Source of the DNA: Planctomycetota bacterium
GTDB taxonomy: Bacteria > Planctomycetota > PLA2 > JAEUHO01
DNA length: 64,000 bases
NCBI GenBank assembly: GCA_030066775.1
Contig: JASJAY010000003.1
Span: forward strand, 53-64,052
Reading direction: 5' to 3'
The notes under the pieces are model-generated. The model saw only the letters and a list, made by a program, of their open reading frames with translations. It was not told the origin of the DNA and did not search any database. Shown here one piece after another: positions 53,539-62,818 of this stretch. The number at the start of each line of letters is the position of its first letter. The stretch's first letter is position 1. The translations under genes and the position numbers were made by a program.

Positions 53539-54648
53539 ATGACGATCAGGGTCGACCACCGGACCATCGACGCCACGCGGATCGAGGGCGCCTCGCGCTC
53601 GCTCCGTGCCGTGGCCGGTGACCTGCTCGATGCGAAGCTGCGGATGGCGCGGCTGCTGGCGCAGATCGACGACGCGCGGCACTACCAGCTCGAGGGCTGC
53701 GCCTCGATCGGCGAATACGCCGCGCGCTTCGGCATCTCGCGCGTGGAGGCCGTTGGGCTGTGCGACCTGGGGCGCGCGTTGCGCGACCACGCCGATCTCG
53801 AGAAGGCGCTGCGTTCCGGCAAGACCGACAGCGTGCGCGCCTCGACCGTGGCGCGCGTGTTGGCGAACCCGGCCCTGGTGAAGCCCGGCGACGAGTGGGT
53901 GCGCCATGCGTGCGCCGATGCGCTGCCCGCGCTCAAGCGTCGGGTGAAGGCACGGATCGACGAGTTCGCGCAGCAGGCAACGGGCGTCGTCGAGCTCAGC
54001 CTGCACGTGCGCGAGGAGACGAAGAAGGACTTCCTGCGCGCGCGCGATCTTGCCTCGCGCAAGGAGAAGCAGGCCCTGACGCACGGCCAGGCCTTCCACC
54101 GCATCGTCCACTTCTATCTCGACAAGAACGACCCGCTGCGTGCGAAGCCCCGCAAGCGCCGCGTCCCCGATACCGCCACGCGGCCGGACTCACGCTACGT
54201 GCCGGCCGAGGTGGTGCGCGCCGTGCTCGAGCGCAGTGGCGGTCAGTGCGAGTTCCCCGGGTGCGAGAACCGGATCTTCACCGAGCTCGGACACATCGTT
54301 CCGCATGCCTGCGGCAGCGGCCGCGAAGCGGACGACTTCTTCCACTTCTGCAGCATCCATCACAAGCTCTACGACGCGCGCCTCATCCGCTTCGTGGGGG
54401 GGACCGTGGAGGCGCCCATCTTCTGGGTGAAGGGCGTCGGCACCGTCTGCGCCGACACGCTCGGAGCCGTGAAGACGACGCGCTCGCCTTCCGGGCCGCC
54501 TGGTGCCAACGGAGGCGGTGGCCGCACGGCCCCGCGGAAGATCGATCCAAACGGTGACCCGCCACCTGCGGTGGCCGAGCGGGGCGCCTTTCGGCGCCGA
54601 GGGGACGGGCGCTATCCGCTCTTCGAGAGCGCCTTCGTGCACTGCTGA
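53539..54648 (+). CDS. HNH-endonuclease-like protein (DUF222-like architecture)
   Basis: V..R..GQCEFPGC...HIVPHACG...CSIHH; helical N-terminus. Confidence 0.72.
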   Translation: MTIRVDHRTIDATRIEGASRSLRAVAGDLLDAKLRMARLLAQIDDARHYQLEGCASIGEYAARFGISRVEAVGLCDLGRALRDHADLEKALRSGKTDSVRASTVARVLANPALVKPGDEWVRHACADALPALKRRVKARIDEFAQQATGVVELSLHVREETKKDFLRARDLASRKEKQALTHGQAFHRIVHFYLDKNDPLRAKPRKRRVPDTATRPDSRYVPAEVVRAVLERSGGQCEFPGCENRIFTELGHIVPHACGSGREADDFFHFCSIHHKLYDARLIRFVGGTVEAPIFWVKGVGTVCADTLGAVKTTRSPSGPPGANGGGGRTAPRKIDPNGDPPPAVAERGAFRRRGDGRYPLFESAFVHC

Positions 54649-54768
54649 GAGCCGCGGTAGCGGCGTCCTGGACACGGTTTGCCGGGCCCGCCGGTACCGT
54701 CAGGGCCCTGAGTGGACGCATCTCTCCGCCGCCCTACGGTACGGATCCGCACGTGACGGAGCCGGCCG

Positions 54769-56430
54769 ATGGCACAACCGCTAATTCCCTCCCGCTTCCA
54801 GCCGACGCTGCCCGATGAGCGCCTGCTGATCCGCGAGAAGCCCGACGAAGAAGAAGCCATCCCCATGGATGTCGTCTTCGTGGGCGGCGGCCCGGGGGGA
54901 CTGGCGGGGGCCATCGAGCTCGCGCGCTTGGTCAAGCAGGACAACGAGAGCGGTGGGGGCATCGGCGAGGTCGAGATCGCCGTGCTCGAAAAGGCCGAGG
55001 AGCTCGGCAACCACAACCTCTCGGGGGCGGTGATCAACCCGCGCGCGATCCGGGAGCTGTTCCCCGATCTGGCGGACAAGGACTTCCCGTTCCGCACGCA
55101 GGTCGACAAGGAGCGCGTCTACCTCCTGACCAAGAAGCGGGCATGGCGCATCCCGACGCCGCCGCCGATGAAGAACCACGGCAACTACATCGCGTCGATC
55201 AGCGAGGTCGTGCGGTGGCTCGGGGAGCAGGCCGAGGGGTTGGGCGTCAACGTCTTCCCCGGCTATCCCGTCGAGTCGCTGCTCGTGGAAGGCGACCGGG
55301 TCGTGGGCGTGCGCACCGTTCCCTCCGGTTTGGACCGCGAAGGCAAGCCGGGGCCGGCGTTCGAGCCGGCGGGCGACATCACCGCGCAGGTGGTCGCCCT
55401 TTCCGAGGGCACGCGCGGACCGCTCACGCAGGCATGGCGTGAGTGGCAGGGCGTCGAGTCTCCGAACCCGCAGATCTACGCCCTCGGCGTCAAGGAGCTC
55501 TGGGAGACGAAGGAGCCGTTCGAGGGCGTCGTGCACACGCTCGGCTGGCCCCTGCCCAAGAGCGCGTTCGGCGGGAGCTTCCTCTACGCGCTCGAGCCGA
55601 ACCTCGTCGCGCTCGGGCTGGTCGTCGGCATGGACTACCGCGACCGCGGCCTCGACGTGCACATGAAGCTGCAGGAGCTCAAGACGCATCCGTTCGTGCA
55701 GAAGATCCTCGATGGCGGCGAGATGCTCGAGTGGGGGGCCAAGACGATCCCCGAGGGCGGCTTCTACGCGCTCACCGAGCGGCGTCACAGCGACGGCCTC
55801 GTCGTGCTGGGCGATGCCGCCGGGATGGTCGAGGTGGCCTCGCTCAAGGGCATCCACTACGCGATGCAGTCGGGCATCTACGCAGCACGCGCCATATTCC
55901 AGGCGCTCAAGAAGGGCGATACGTCCTCCGCGACGCTCAAGGCCTACGACGACGCCTTCATGGAGAGCTACGTCCGCAAGGATCTGAAGAAGCGGCGCAA
56001 CATGCGCCTGGCCTTCAAGAGCGGGTTCCTGTGGGGCGCCTTCAAAGCCGTGCTGATGACGCTCACGGGCGGGTGGTTCCCGGGCTGGCGCATCAAGTCC
56101 GAGGAGGACGCTGCCGAGCCGCGCAAGGCGGGCGGCCAGTCCGAGCTCACCCCGGACAACAAGCTCACGTTCAGCAAGGTCGATGCGGTCTTCAAGTCCG
56201 GCAACCAGACGCGGGACGACATCCCCTCGCACTTGATCGTCGGGGAAGACGTGCCCGGGGACGTGGCGGATCTCTACGCCAGCATGTGCCCCGCCGGCGT
56301 CTACGAGCGCGACGGCGACAAGCTCGTCGTGAACCCGCCCAACTGCGTGGACTGCAAGGCCACCGACGTGATCGGCCCGCGCTGGACGCCGCGTGAAGGC
56401 GGCAGCGGCCCGCGCTACAAGCGCATGTAG
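54769..56430 (+). CDS. Electron-transfer-flavoprotein:quinone oxidoreductase (variant FeS motif)
   Basis: DVVFVGGGPGGL, LSGAV, YALGVKELW, GAKTIPEGG, KGIH.AM.SG; CPAGVY...NCVDCKAT; EGGSGP.Y. Confidence 0.92.
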   Translation: MAQPLIPSRFQPTLPDERLLIREKPDEEEAIPMDVVFVGGGPGGLAGAIELARLVKQDNESGGGIGEVEIAVLEKAEELGNHNLSGAVINPRAIRELFPDLADKDFPFRTQVDKERVYLLTKKRAWRIPTPPPMKNHGNYIASISEVVRWLGEQAEGLGVNVFPGYPVESLLVEGDRVVGVRTVPSGLDREGKPGPAFEPAGDITAQVVALSEGTRGPLTQAWREWQGVESPNPQIYALGVKELWETKEPFEGVVHTLGWPLPKSAFGGSFLYALEPNLVALGLVVGMDYRDRGLDVHMKLQELKTHPFVQKILDGGEMLEWGAKTIPEGGFYALTERRHSDGLVVLGDAAGMVEVASLKGIHYAMQSGIYAARAIFQALKKGDTSSATLKAYDDAFMESYVRKDLKKRRNMRLAFKSGFLWGAFKAVLMTLTGGWFPGWRIKSEEDAAEPRKAGGQSELTPDNKLTFSKVDAVFKSGNQTRDDIPSHLIVGEDVPGDVADLYASMCPAGVYERDGDKLVVNPPNCVDCKATDVIGPRWTPREGGSGPRYKRM

Positions 56431-56432
56431 CG

Positions 56433-56756
56433 ATGCTGCCGAGCATCACCCCTCAGGATCTCGCGACACGCCTCGCTGCCGAGGACGACGATCTCGTCCT
56501 GCTCGACTGTCGCGAGGCGCTCGAGCTGCAGATCGCGAGGATCGACGGCGCCCTGCACATCCCGATGCAGGAGATCCCGGGGCGTCTCGACGAGCTCGAT
56601 CGGGAGCAGCCCTACGCCGTCATCTGCCATCACGGCGTCCGCAGCTCGCACGTGGTCGCCTTCCTTGCCCAGCAGGGCTTCGGCAAGTGCCTCAACGTGG
56701 TGGGGGGGATCGACGCGTACGCGCGCTTCGTCGATCGCTCCATCCCGATCTACTAG
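56433..56756 (+). CDS. Single-domain rhodanese/sulfurtransferase
   Basis: LLDCRE, CHHGVRS active loop, GGIDAY. Confidence 0.9.
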   Translation: MLPSITPQDLATRLAAEDDDLVLLDCREALELQIARIDGALHIPMQEIPGRLDELDREQPYAVICHHGVRSSHVVAFLAQQGFGKCLNVVGGIDAYARFVDRSIPIY

Positions 56757-56787
56757 GCGCAACGCCCGCCTCTTCTAGGATGCGCCC

Positions 56788-57375
56788 ATGGGACGTCCCT
56801 GGCCCGACGCCGCTGTCGTTGCCGGCCCGCGCACGTATCTGCGCCCGCCGCGGGAGTCGGATCGCGTCCCCTTTCGGCAACTGGTCGAAGCCAGCCGCGC
56901 GTTCCTCGCCCCCTGGGAGCCGCTTGCACCGCCCGATGCGGGCCCCGACCACCGCTTCGAGCGCCTGCTGGCCGCCGACGACCGCAAGCGCAACCTCAAG
57001 CACTTCGTATGCAGCCTCGAGGACGATCGCCTGCTCGGCTGCATGAACGTCAACAACGTCGTACGCGGCGTCGGCCAGTACGCGAGCCTCGGCTATTGGA
57101 TCGGCGCGCCCCATGCGGGCCAGGGCTACATGACCGAGGCGCTGCAGCTGGCGCTCGCGTTCGTCTTCGGCCCGCTGCGGCTTCACCGCATCGAGGCCAA
57201 CGTCCGCCCTGAGAACGAGGCCTCCGTGGCGCTCGTGCAGCGCGCCGGCTTTCGTCTCGAGGGGCGCTCGCTTCGATACCTCAAGATCGCCGGCCAGTGG
57301 GCGGACCACGAGCGCTACGCGATGCTCGTCGACGAGTACGAACGACCGGCCTTCGTGCGACTGCCGCCGAATTGA
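56788..57375 (+). CDS. RimJ/RimL-family GNAT N-acetyltransferase
   Basis: LGYWIG, GQGYMTEAL, LHRIEA, N.AS, YLKIAGQWADHERYA. Confidence 0.9.
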   Translation: MGRPWPDAAVVAGPRTYLRPPRESDRVPFRQLVEASRAFLAPWEPLAPPDAGPDHRFERLLAADDRKRNLKHFVCSLEDDRLLGCMNVNNVVRGVGQYASLGYWIGAPHAGQGYMTEALQLALAFVFGPLRLHRIEANVRPENEASVALVQRAGFRLEGRSLRYLKIAGQWADHERYAMLVDEYERPAFVRLPPN

Positions 57376-57376
57376 A

Positions 57377-57402
57377 AACCGGCGGCCTCGTGGCCGCCGG
57401 TT
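57377..57402 (-). terminator. Intrinsic terminator hairpin between convergent genes
   Basis: AACCGGCGGCC-TCGT-GGCCGCCGGTT 11-bp stem; ends in TTTT on the minus strand. Confidence 0.7.
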
Positions 57403-57428
57403 GTCGACTCGAAGGCGAACGCGACGGA

Positions 57429-58166
57429 CTAGGCCTTGGTCTCCTTCAGCTCGAACTTCAGGAGCTTGTCGCGCTTCGCGTTCATCTCCGTCTCGAGGGC
57501 ATCGAGTGCCTGGCGCTCCAGGGCGACGTCCTCGAGCGCCTCCTTGTCGTTCTCCGCTGTCAGCGTGGCTTCCTTGTTCGTCAGACGGCGACGCTTGTTG
57601 TTGATCTTGTCGAACTCGGTCAGGACCTTGAGCACGTCCTTGAGCGTGGTCTCGAAGTCGCTCTTGTAGGCCGCGTTCGCGAACGTCGTCATCGTCTCGA
57701 AGACCGTCTTCGTCGACATGCGCTTCATGTCGATGACCTCGATCGTCTTGGTGTCGCGCGAGACGAAGATGAAGCCGCGGTCCTGATCCTCCTCCCACTG
57801 CGCGGAGAGGATCTTGTCCTTGCGGACCTTGTCCGGCGCCATCTTGACGGTCTCGAAGGCCCACATGCCGATCGAGACCTTCTCGTCGATCAGCACGACC
57901 TTCTCGATCTTGTCGAACGGGCTGCTTTCTGTCCCGTCCGTCACATAGATCAGGACCGGCTTGGGAAGCAGGCGAGCCTTCGACGTACCGTCCTTGGCCG
58001 CTTCACTCTCACCCGCGGGGAGCTGCTCCACGCTGCCCCAGGTCTTGTTCAACACGGCCAGACTGGCCGGAGAACGGCCTCATCAGCCGCCTGCCTGGGC
58101 CGCGCTCGCGGCCCAAAGGAGTCCGACGGCCGCCATGAGCAGCCCGAAGATCATTGCCTTGCGCAT
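57429..58166 (-). CDS. Putative exported selenoprotein with tandem Sec-Sec (codons 28-29) and a Cys-free thioredoxin-like domain
   Basis: GAGGA SD; MRKAMIFGLLMAAVGLLWAASAAQA|GG-TGA-TGA-GRSPASLAVLNKTW, in frame with the 208-aa ORF; SECIS-like hairpin follows. Confidence 0.65.
58055..58069 (-). promoter_or_regulatory. SECIS-like hairpin after the tandem TGA
   Basis: CGGCCA-GTC-TGGCCG; G+20/U+21 from the first UGA, same register as grdA and grdB. Confidence 0.6.
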
Positions 58167-58316
58167 GTCGCTGTCCTCGCCGCGTTCGAATCGCTGCGAG
58201 CGACCACGCGGGAAACTCAGCCTGATCGGCTGACGTACCTGAGCGTACGACGTCGACGCCCGGCTCCCGGTTTCATCGAGCTCTCGAGCCGCGTTGCCTT
58301 CGACCCCAACGGGCGC

Positions 58317-58976
58317 TTACGGAGGCGGCACCAGCAGGTCCAGCTCGAGCACCGGCCCGCCGATCAGGTTCGCGGCGATGAAGGCCGCGAAGTCGTCGTC
58401 GCCGTTGTTGTCCGTCTGGATGGGGAACGTGAAGCGGAAGTCGCTGGTCGTGCGCGCCTGGGCCAGGTCGAGAGCGACCTGCACGCCCACCCCGAGGGTG
58501 CGCTCGCCCGTCGTGGCGTCCATGGAGATCGTCCCGATGTTGAGGGCCAGCGAGTTGGCGCTGAAGTCGGCGTCATCGAGCATGGCGCCGGCGTCGATGT
58601 GATCCACCTGCAGGTTCGTGAGGAGGTCCGCGTAGGGCGTGCCCGTGGGCGCGACCTGGGTGATGCGGATCGTCGCCGACTGCACCTGCGCCCCGGCCGG
58701 GATCGTCGAGAGATCGAAGCGGACGAAGCCGCGCCGCCAGTTGTTGGCCGTGTCGTCACCGGCCTGGATCTGCGCGTTCGTCGTCACGGCGTAGGTCATC
58801 CCGGGGGTGACCTCGACGATGTGCCCCGTGAAGTCGCCATCCGGGCCGACCGTGATCGACTGCGGGATGGGGGTCGTGTCCTTGGAGCTGCCACCGCAGG
58901 CGGTGAGCGGCACCACGAGCAGGACCGCGGCCAGAAGCAGGGACACCCGCGCAGCGCGGGGGGAAACGATGGTCAT
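58317..58976 (-). CDS. Lipoprotein, beta-rich (DNRLRE-like)
   Basis: Lipobox LTAC-GG; AGD...RGFVRFDLS.IP.GA.VQSA.I. Confidence 0.7.
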   Translation of the reverse strand: MTIVSPRAARVSLLLAAVLLVVPLTACGGSSKDTTPIPQSITVGPDGDFTGHIVEVTPGMTYAVTTNAQIQAGDDTANNWRRGFVRFDLSTIPAGAQVQSATIRITQVAPTGTPYADLLTNLQVDHIDAGAMLDDADFSANSLALNIGTISMDATTGERTLGVGVQVALDLAQARTTSDFRFTFPIQTDNNGDDDFAAFIAANLIGGPVLELDLLVPPP

Positions 58977-59043
58977 GGTGACTCCTGTCGTCGTTCCAAG
59001 CCCGGGACCAGTGTCCCTGGAGGCGGCCCCATGTAAAGCACGC

Positions 59044-59661
59044 TCAGGGAACGGGGACCCGCACCGTGACCCGGACCCGCGGCGCGCTGCCCGTCACGCC
59101 GCTGTTCGGGGCGTCGTTCCAGATCGTGAAGTCCTCGGCCTGGTCGGCGTCCGATCCCGTTGCCATGCGAATGCGCAGATCGGTCCGGTCGCGCCCGGCA
59201 GCCAGATCGGCCAACACGAGCGCGGTGATGTCCAACGCCTTCTCCTCGATCGCCGGCGTGGTCGAGAGCACGCCGAAGTCCGCCGTCAGCGCCGCCGCGT
59301 CGAAGTCGGTCGCATCGAGGCCCGGGCCGAGGTCGACGTGGTCGATGACGGCATCGCCGAGGTCGGTATACGGAGCCCCGCGGATGCCCTCCTGCCCGAT
59401 CAAGAGGATCGCGCGCACGACCTCCGCCTCCGCCGGGAAGGCGGGATGGGGAAAGCGGTAGAACGCGCGCGCGACCTGATCGATGGCGTCATCGCCTGCG
59501 AGGGGGCGCTCGCCCTGCACGACGAACCCCGTGCTCGTGACGAACCCGTCCACGGTGACATCGCTCGGAACGACCTCCGTGAACTCCACGTGGGAGGGGC
59601 CGCCGCCGCCGCATGCTGCGAAGAGCACGGCGACCAGGGCAAGGGCACTCGAGCGCGTCAT
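59044..59661 (-). CDS. Lipoprotein, paralog of 58317..58976
   Basis: Lipobox FAAC-GG; shared AGDD, PY.DL..DH.D.G..LD..DF motifs. Confidence 0.7.
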   Translation of the reverse strand: MTRSSALALVAVLFAACGGGGPSHVEFTEVVPSDVTVDGFVTSTGFVVQGERPLAGDDAIDQVARAFYRFPHPAFPAEAEVVRAILLIGQEGIRGAPYTDLGDAVIDHVDLGPGLDATDFDAAALTADFGVLSTTPAIEEKALDITALVLADLAAGRDRTDLRIRMATGSDADQAEDFTIWNDAPNSGVTGSAPRVRVTVRVPVP

Positions 59662-59710
59662 TCAGCCATGTCTATCCACGCCGCGTCGCCACCGGACGCG
59701 CGACCCGCCA

Positions 59711-61105
59711 CTATAGGAAGATCAGCACATAGCCGGTCGCGAGGACGATTTGCGCGATCGCGAACGGGAAGGCCAGCTTCACGAATCGCCCGAAGCTCAC
59801 GTTCAGCTCGTGCTTGTGCATGATCGTCACCGCCACGAGCGTCGACGCGCTGCCGATCGGCGTCAGGTTGCCGCCCAGGTTCGCGCCGAAGACCACCGCC
59901 CACCAGAGCGACGACGTGCTGGCGAGCCCGAGCCCGGTGAGGATCTTGGCCAGCATCGCGGCCAACGGGATGTTGTCCGTGACGGAGCTGAACACCGCCG
60001 CGCCGATCAGCAGGAGCCCCGTGCCCCAGAGCGGCCCGAGGTCGATCACGTGTTCGAGCACGGTGCCCAGCACCTGCAGCACGGCGGCTTCCTCCACCGC
60101 GTGGATGAAGATGAACAGCGCGATGAAGAAGCCGAGCAGGTCCCAGTCGATCGCCTTGTAGAAGCGATCCGCCGTCGCCTTGAAGCGCACCAGCATGATC
60201 GCGGCGAAGCCCAGGGCGACGTAGCCCATCCCCAGGTCGCGGATCACGGGCAGGATCGACGTCGTGGCGATCGTCAGGATGAACAGGATCGTCATCGCCG
60301 CGCCGAACCAGAAGAACGCCTTGCTCTCGATGCCGTCGTTCTCGTCGAAGCCCGAGACGAGCAGCTCGGCGTTGGCCCGCTCCTCGTCGCTCGAGAGCTT
60401 CTTGATCGCGAAGATGCGGGCGCCCATCCAGATCGTCAGCGCGGTTGCCACCGCGACGTAGGGCGCGGCCTTTACGAAGAAGGAGACGAAGCTGATGCCG
60501 GCTGCGTTGCCGACGATGATGTTCGGGACGGAGCTGATCAGCGTCAGCAGGCCCCCGATGTTCGTCAGCAGGCCCTCGGTGATGAGGAAGCCGAGGAGCT
60601 TGTCCCGTCGACCGAGCTTCGAGAGCGAGACGGCCGTCAACGATCCGACGATGATCATCGCCGTCACGTTGTTGAGCACGGCCGAGAACACGACGGTCAT
60701 CACGCCGTAGTACGTCAGGAGCTTCAGCGGATCCCCACCCGACGACTTCGTCAGCTTGATCGCGATCCACGTGAACAGCCCCGACCGCGAGGTGATGTCC
60801 ACGAAGAGGCTCGAGCCCAGGATGATCGCGATCACCTCCCAGTTGATCGAGGTGATGTAGATCGGGAGGACGAAGTCCACGTCGCCGGCGTGCACGCCCA
60901 CCGTGCCCGGGATCAGCTGCAGCACTTGGGCCAGAAAGAGCCCGACCAGCGCGAAGGCGCCCGCGATCACGGACTTCTTCGCGTGCAGCTTCTCCTCGAA
61001 CGCGAGGCACAGGATGAGACCGAGCAGCAGCGCGCCGAAGAGGACCGTGATCCAGGTGTCGACGTGGATCTCGGCGGCGGCGAGAAGGAGTTGGCTCGAG
61101 GGCAT
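59711..61105 (-). CDS. ArsB/NhaD (ion-transporter superfamily) permease
   Basis: SAVLNNVT, NIGGLLTLI..VPNII, IDW..L.FFI.LF, SSVTDNIP, GANLGGNLTPIGSAS. Confidence 0.88.
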   Translation of the reverse strand: MPSSQLLLAAAEIHVDTWITVLFGALLLGLILCLAFEEKLHAKKSVIAGAFALVGLFLAQVLQLIPGTVGVHAGDVDFVLPIYITSINWEVIAIILGSSLFVDITSRSGLFTWIAIKLTKSSGGDPLKLLTYYGVMTVVFSAVLNNVTAMIIVGSLTAVSLSKLGRRDKLLGFLITEGLLTNIGGLLTLISSVPNIIVGNAAGISFVSFFVKAAPYVAVATALTIWMGARIFAIKKLSSDEERANAELLVSGFDENDGIESKAFFWFGAAMTILFILTIATTSILPVIRDLGMGYVALGFAAIMLVRFKATADRFYKAIDWDLLGFFIALFIFIHAVEEAAVLQVLGTVLEHVIDLGPLWGTGLLLIGAAVFSSVTDNIPLAAMLAKILTGLGLASTSSLWWAVVFGANLGGNLTPIGSASTLVAVTIMHKHELNVSFGRFVKLAFPFAIAQIVLATGYVLIFL

Positions 61106-61117
61106 CGGGGACTCCGC

Positions 61118-62017
61118 CTAGAGCATCAGGATGGGGACGTGGCGCAGCTCCACCACGAGCGGGTATGCGAGGCCGTGCATGGCGAGCTGGTCCTCGTCCT
61201 TCGTGTTGAGCACGAGCAGGTCCACGTCGCGCGCCTCGATCACCCGGCGGTACTCCGAGAGGCGGTGGCCGACCGTGATCTGCTTCTCGACCTGGATGCC
61301 CAGCTGTTCCCCATCGAGGGCCCTCTGGCAGCTGTCGATGAAGTCGGAGGGCTCTCGGAGCAGCTGGTGCTCGATGCGCTCGCGGGCCTCGTCCGTGTCG
61401 ATCTCGGGGATCTTCGAGATCGCGTCCATGTAGCGGTCGAAGACGAAGCCGTCCTCGACGTGGCTCAGGACCAGCACGCCGCCCGGCAGCGTGAACCGCA
61501 CGGCCCAGTGGATCAGGTGATGGTCGCCGGCGAGGTGGTCGGTCATGGCCATGACGGTTCGCGTGCCGTCAACGCCGTAGACGGGCGCGGCATGCGACGC
61601 CCCCTCGCGCGCGTCGACTTCCTGGAGCGGGTGGGGGAGCAGCAGCACGGGGACGGCCGTCTCCTGGGCCAGGATGTCCACGTAGCGCCCCAGCGTGTAC
61701 GACCAGCGCCAGCCCTGGCTGTGCAGGCTGCGGTAGGTGCAGATCAGGTCGGGCGCGGTTTCGTTGATGAGCCCCAAGAGCTCGTCGACCCCGCCGTAGC
61801 GATCGCCCGGCACGAGGGTCCAGGTGACCGGCGCCTCGGCTGTGGCCGGCCCCTCGAGCGCCGCGAGGAACGCCTGCACCCGTTCCTTGAAGGTGGCGGC
61901 CTCCTGCTCGTCGAGATCCGTCAGGACCAGCACCTTTCGGATCGGGACGGCCTCGTGGCGGTAGGGCGTCTTCGCCGCGGCCTTGAACACGCTCTCGAAC
62001 TGATCGACCTTCGTCAT
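61118..62017 (-). CDS. Universal-stress-protein-like tandem-domain protein
   Basis: KVLVLTD, DLLVL, VPILML USP-like strands; directly upstream of the permease. Confidence 0.65.
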   Translation of the reverse strand: MTKVDQFESVFKAAAKTPYRHEAVPIRKVLVLTDLDEQEAATFKERVQAFLAALEGPATAEAPVTWTLVPGDRYGGVDELLGLINETAPDLICTYRSLHSQGWRWSYTLGRYVDILAQETAVPVLLLPHPLQEVDAREGASHAAPVYGVDGTRTVMAMTDHLAGDHHLIHWAVRFTLPGGVLVLSHVEDGFVFDRYMDAISKIPEIDTDEARERIEHQLLREPSDFIDSCQRALDGEQLGIQVEKQITVGHRLSEYRRVIEARDVDLLVLNTKDEDQLAMHGLAYPLVVELRHVPILML

Positions 62018-62071
62018 GGGCGGAGCATAGCAAGTGGTCGCCATCCACCTCGCCGCCTAGACTCCCGCGCC

Positions 62072-62818
62072 ATGGCGCGACACGTGCTCCTCACCGGCGC
62101 GACGGACGGCATCGGCCTCGCGATGGCGCGGCGGCTCGAGGCCGAGGGCGCGGTGCTGACGCTCGTCGGTCGCCGCCCCCTCGAGGCGCTGGACGAGGTC
62201 CTCTTCACGCCCACGACGTATTGCCGCGCCGACCTGTCCCTGCCGGACGCCGCGTCGCGGGTGGTCACCTTCCTGGAGGACCAGGGCCGGCCGCCGATCG
62301 ACCTCCTCGTGCACAACGCCGGCGTCGGCTGGTACGGCGCGGCAGAGGCCGAGGACGCGGCGCGGATCCGCACGACGCTCGATGTGAACCTCTGGGCGCC
62401 CGTGGCCCTGACCCATGCGTTGCTGCCCCACCTCGCGGAGCCGACGGCCACGATCGTCTTCGTCTCGTCGGTGCTGGCCGACCTGCCGGCACCGGAGATC
62501 GCTTGCTACGCGGCGAGCAAGGCGGCCCTCGACGGCTTCGCGCGATCCCTGCGCGTCGAGCTTGCGGGTCGCGCGCGGGTCGTCGCGGTGCACCCGGGCG
62601 GGACCGCCACGGCGATGCACGAGAAGGCGGGCGTCCCGGCGGCACAGCGCGAGCGCTTCCGCTTCCCCAGCGCAGACCGGGTGGCGGCGCGCATCCTGCG
62701 GCACGCCGAGCGGGGCCGACGCGCGCCGACGGTCGGTGCGGGGAACGCCGTCGCCCGCTTCCTCGGGCGGCACGCGACCGGCCCGCTGGACTGGGCCATG
62801 CGCCGGGGGCGCAAGTGA
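62072..62818 (+). CDS. Short-chain dehydrogenase/reductase
   Basis: TGATDGIG, HNAG, YAASK. Confidence 0.9.
   Translation: MARHVLLTGATDGIGLAMARRLEAEGAVLTLVGRRPLEALDEVLFTPTTYCRADLSLPDAASRVVTFLEDQGRPPIDLLVHNAGVGWYGAAEAEDAARIRTTLDVNLWAPVALTHALLPHLAEPTATIVFVSSVLADLPAPEIACYAASKAALDGFARSLRVELAGRARVVAVHPGGTATAMHEKAGVPAAQRERFRFPSADRVAARILRHAERGRRAPTVGAGNAVARFLGRHATGPLDWAMRRGRK

Noticed and set aside
58010..58083. ATG inside TGATGA as a coupled restart
   Set aside because: It is out of frame with the downstream domain and closes after about 24 codons.
57429..58166. Genome-wide UGA reassignment (code 4/25) as the explanation for in-frame TGAs
   Set aside because: Many genes end in TGA at their expected C-termini (FadL, GrdC, HscC, first SDR), often in ATGA/TGATG overlaps, so UGA is a normal stop.
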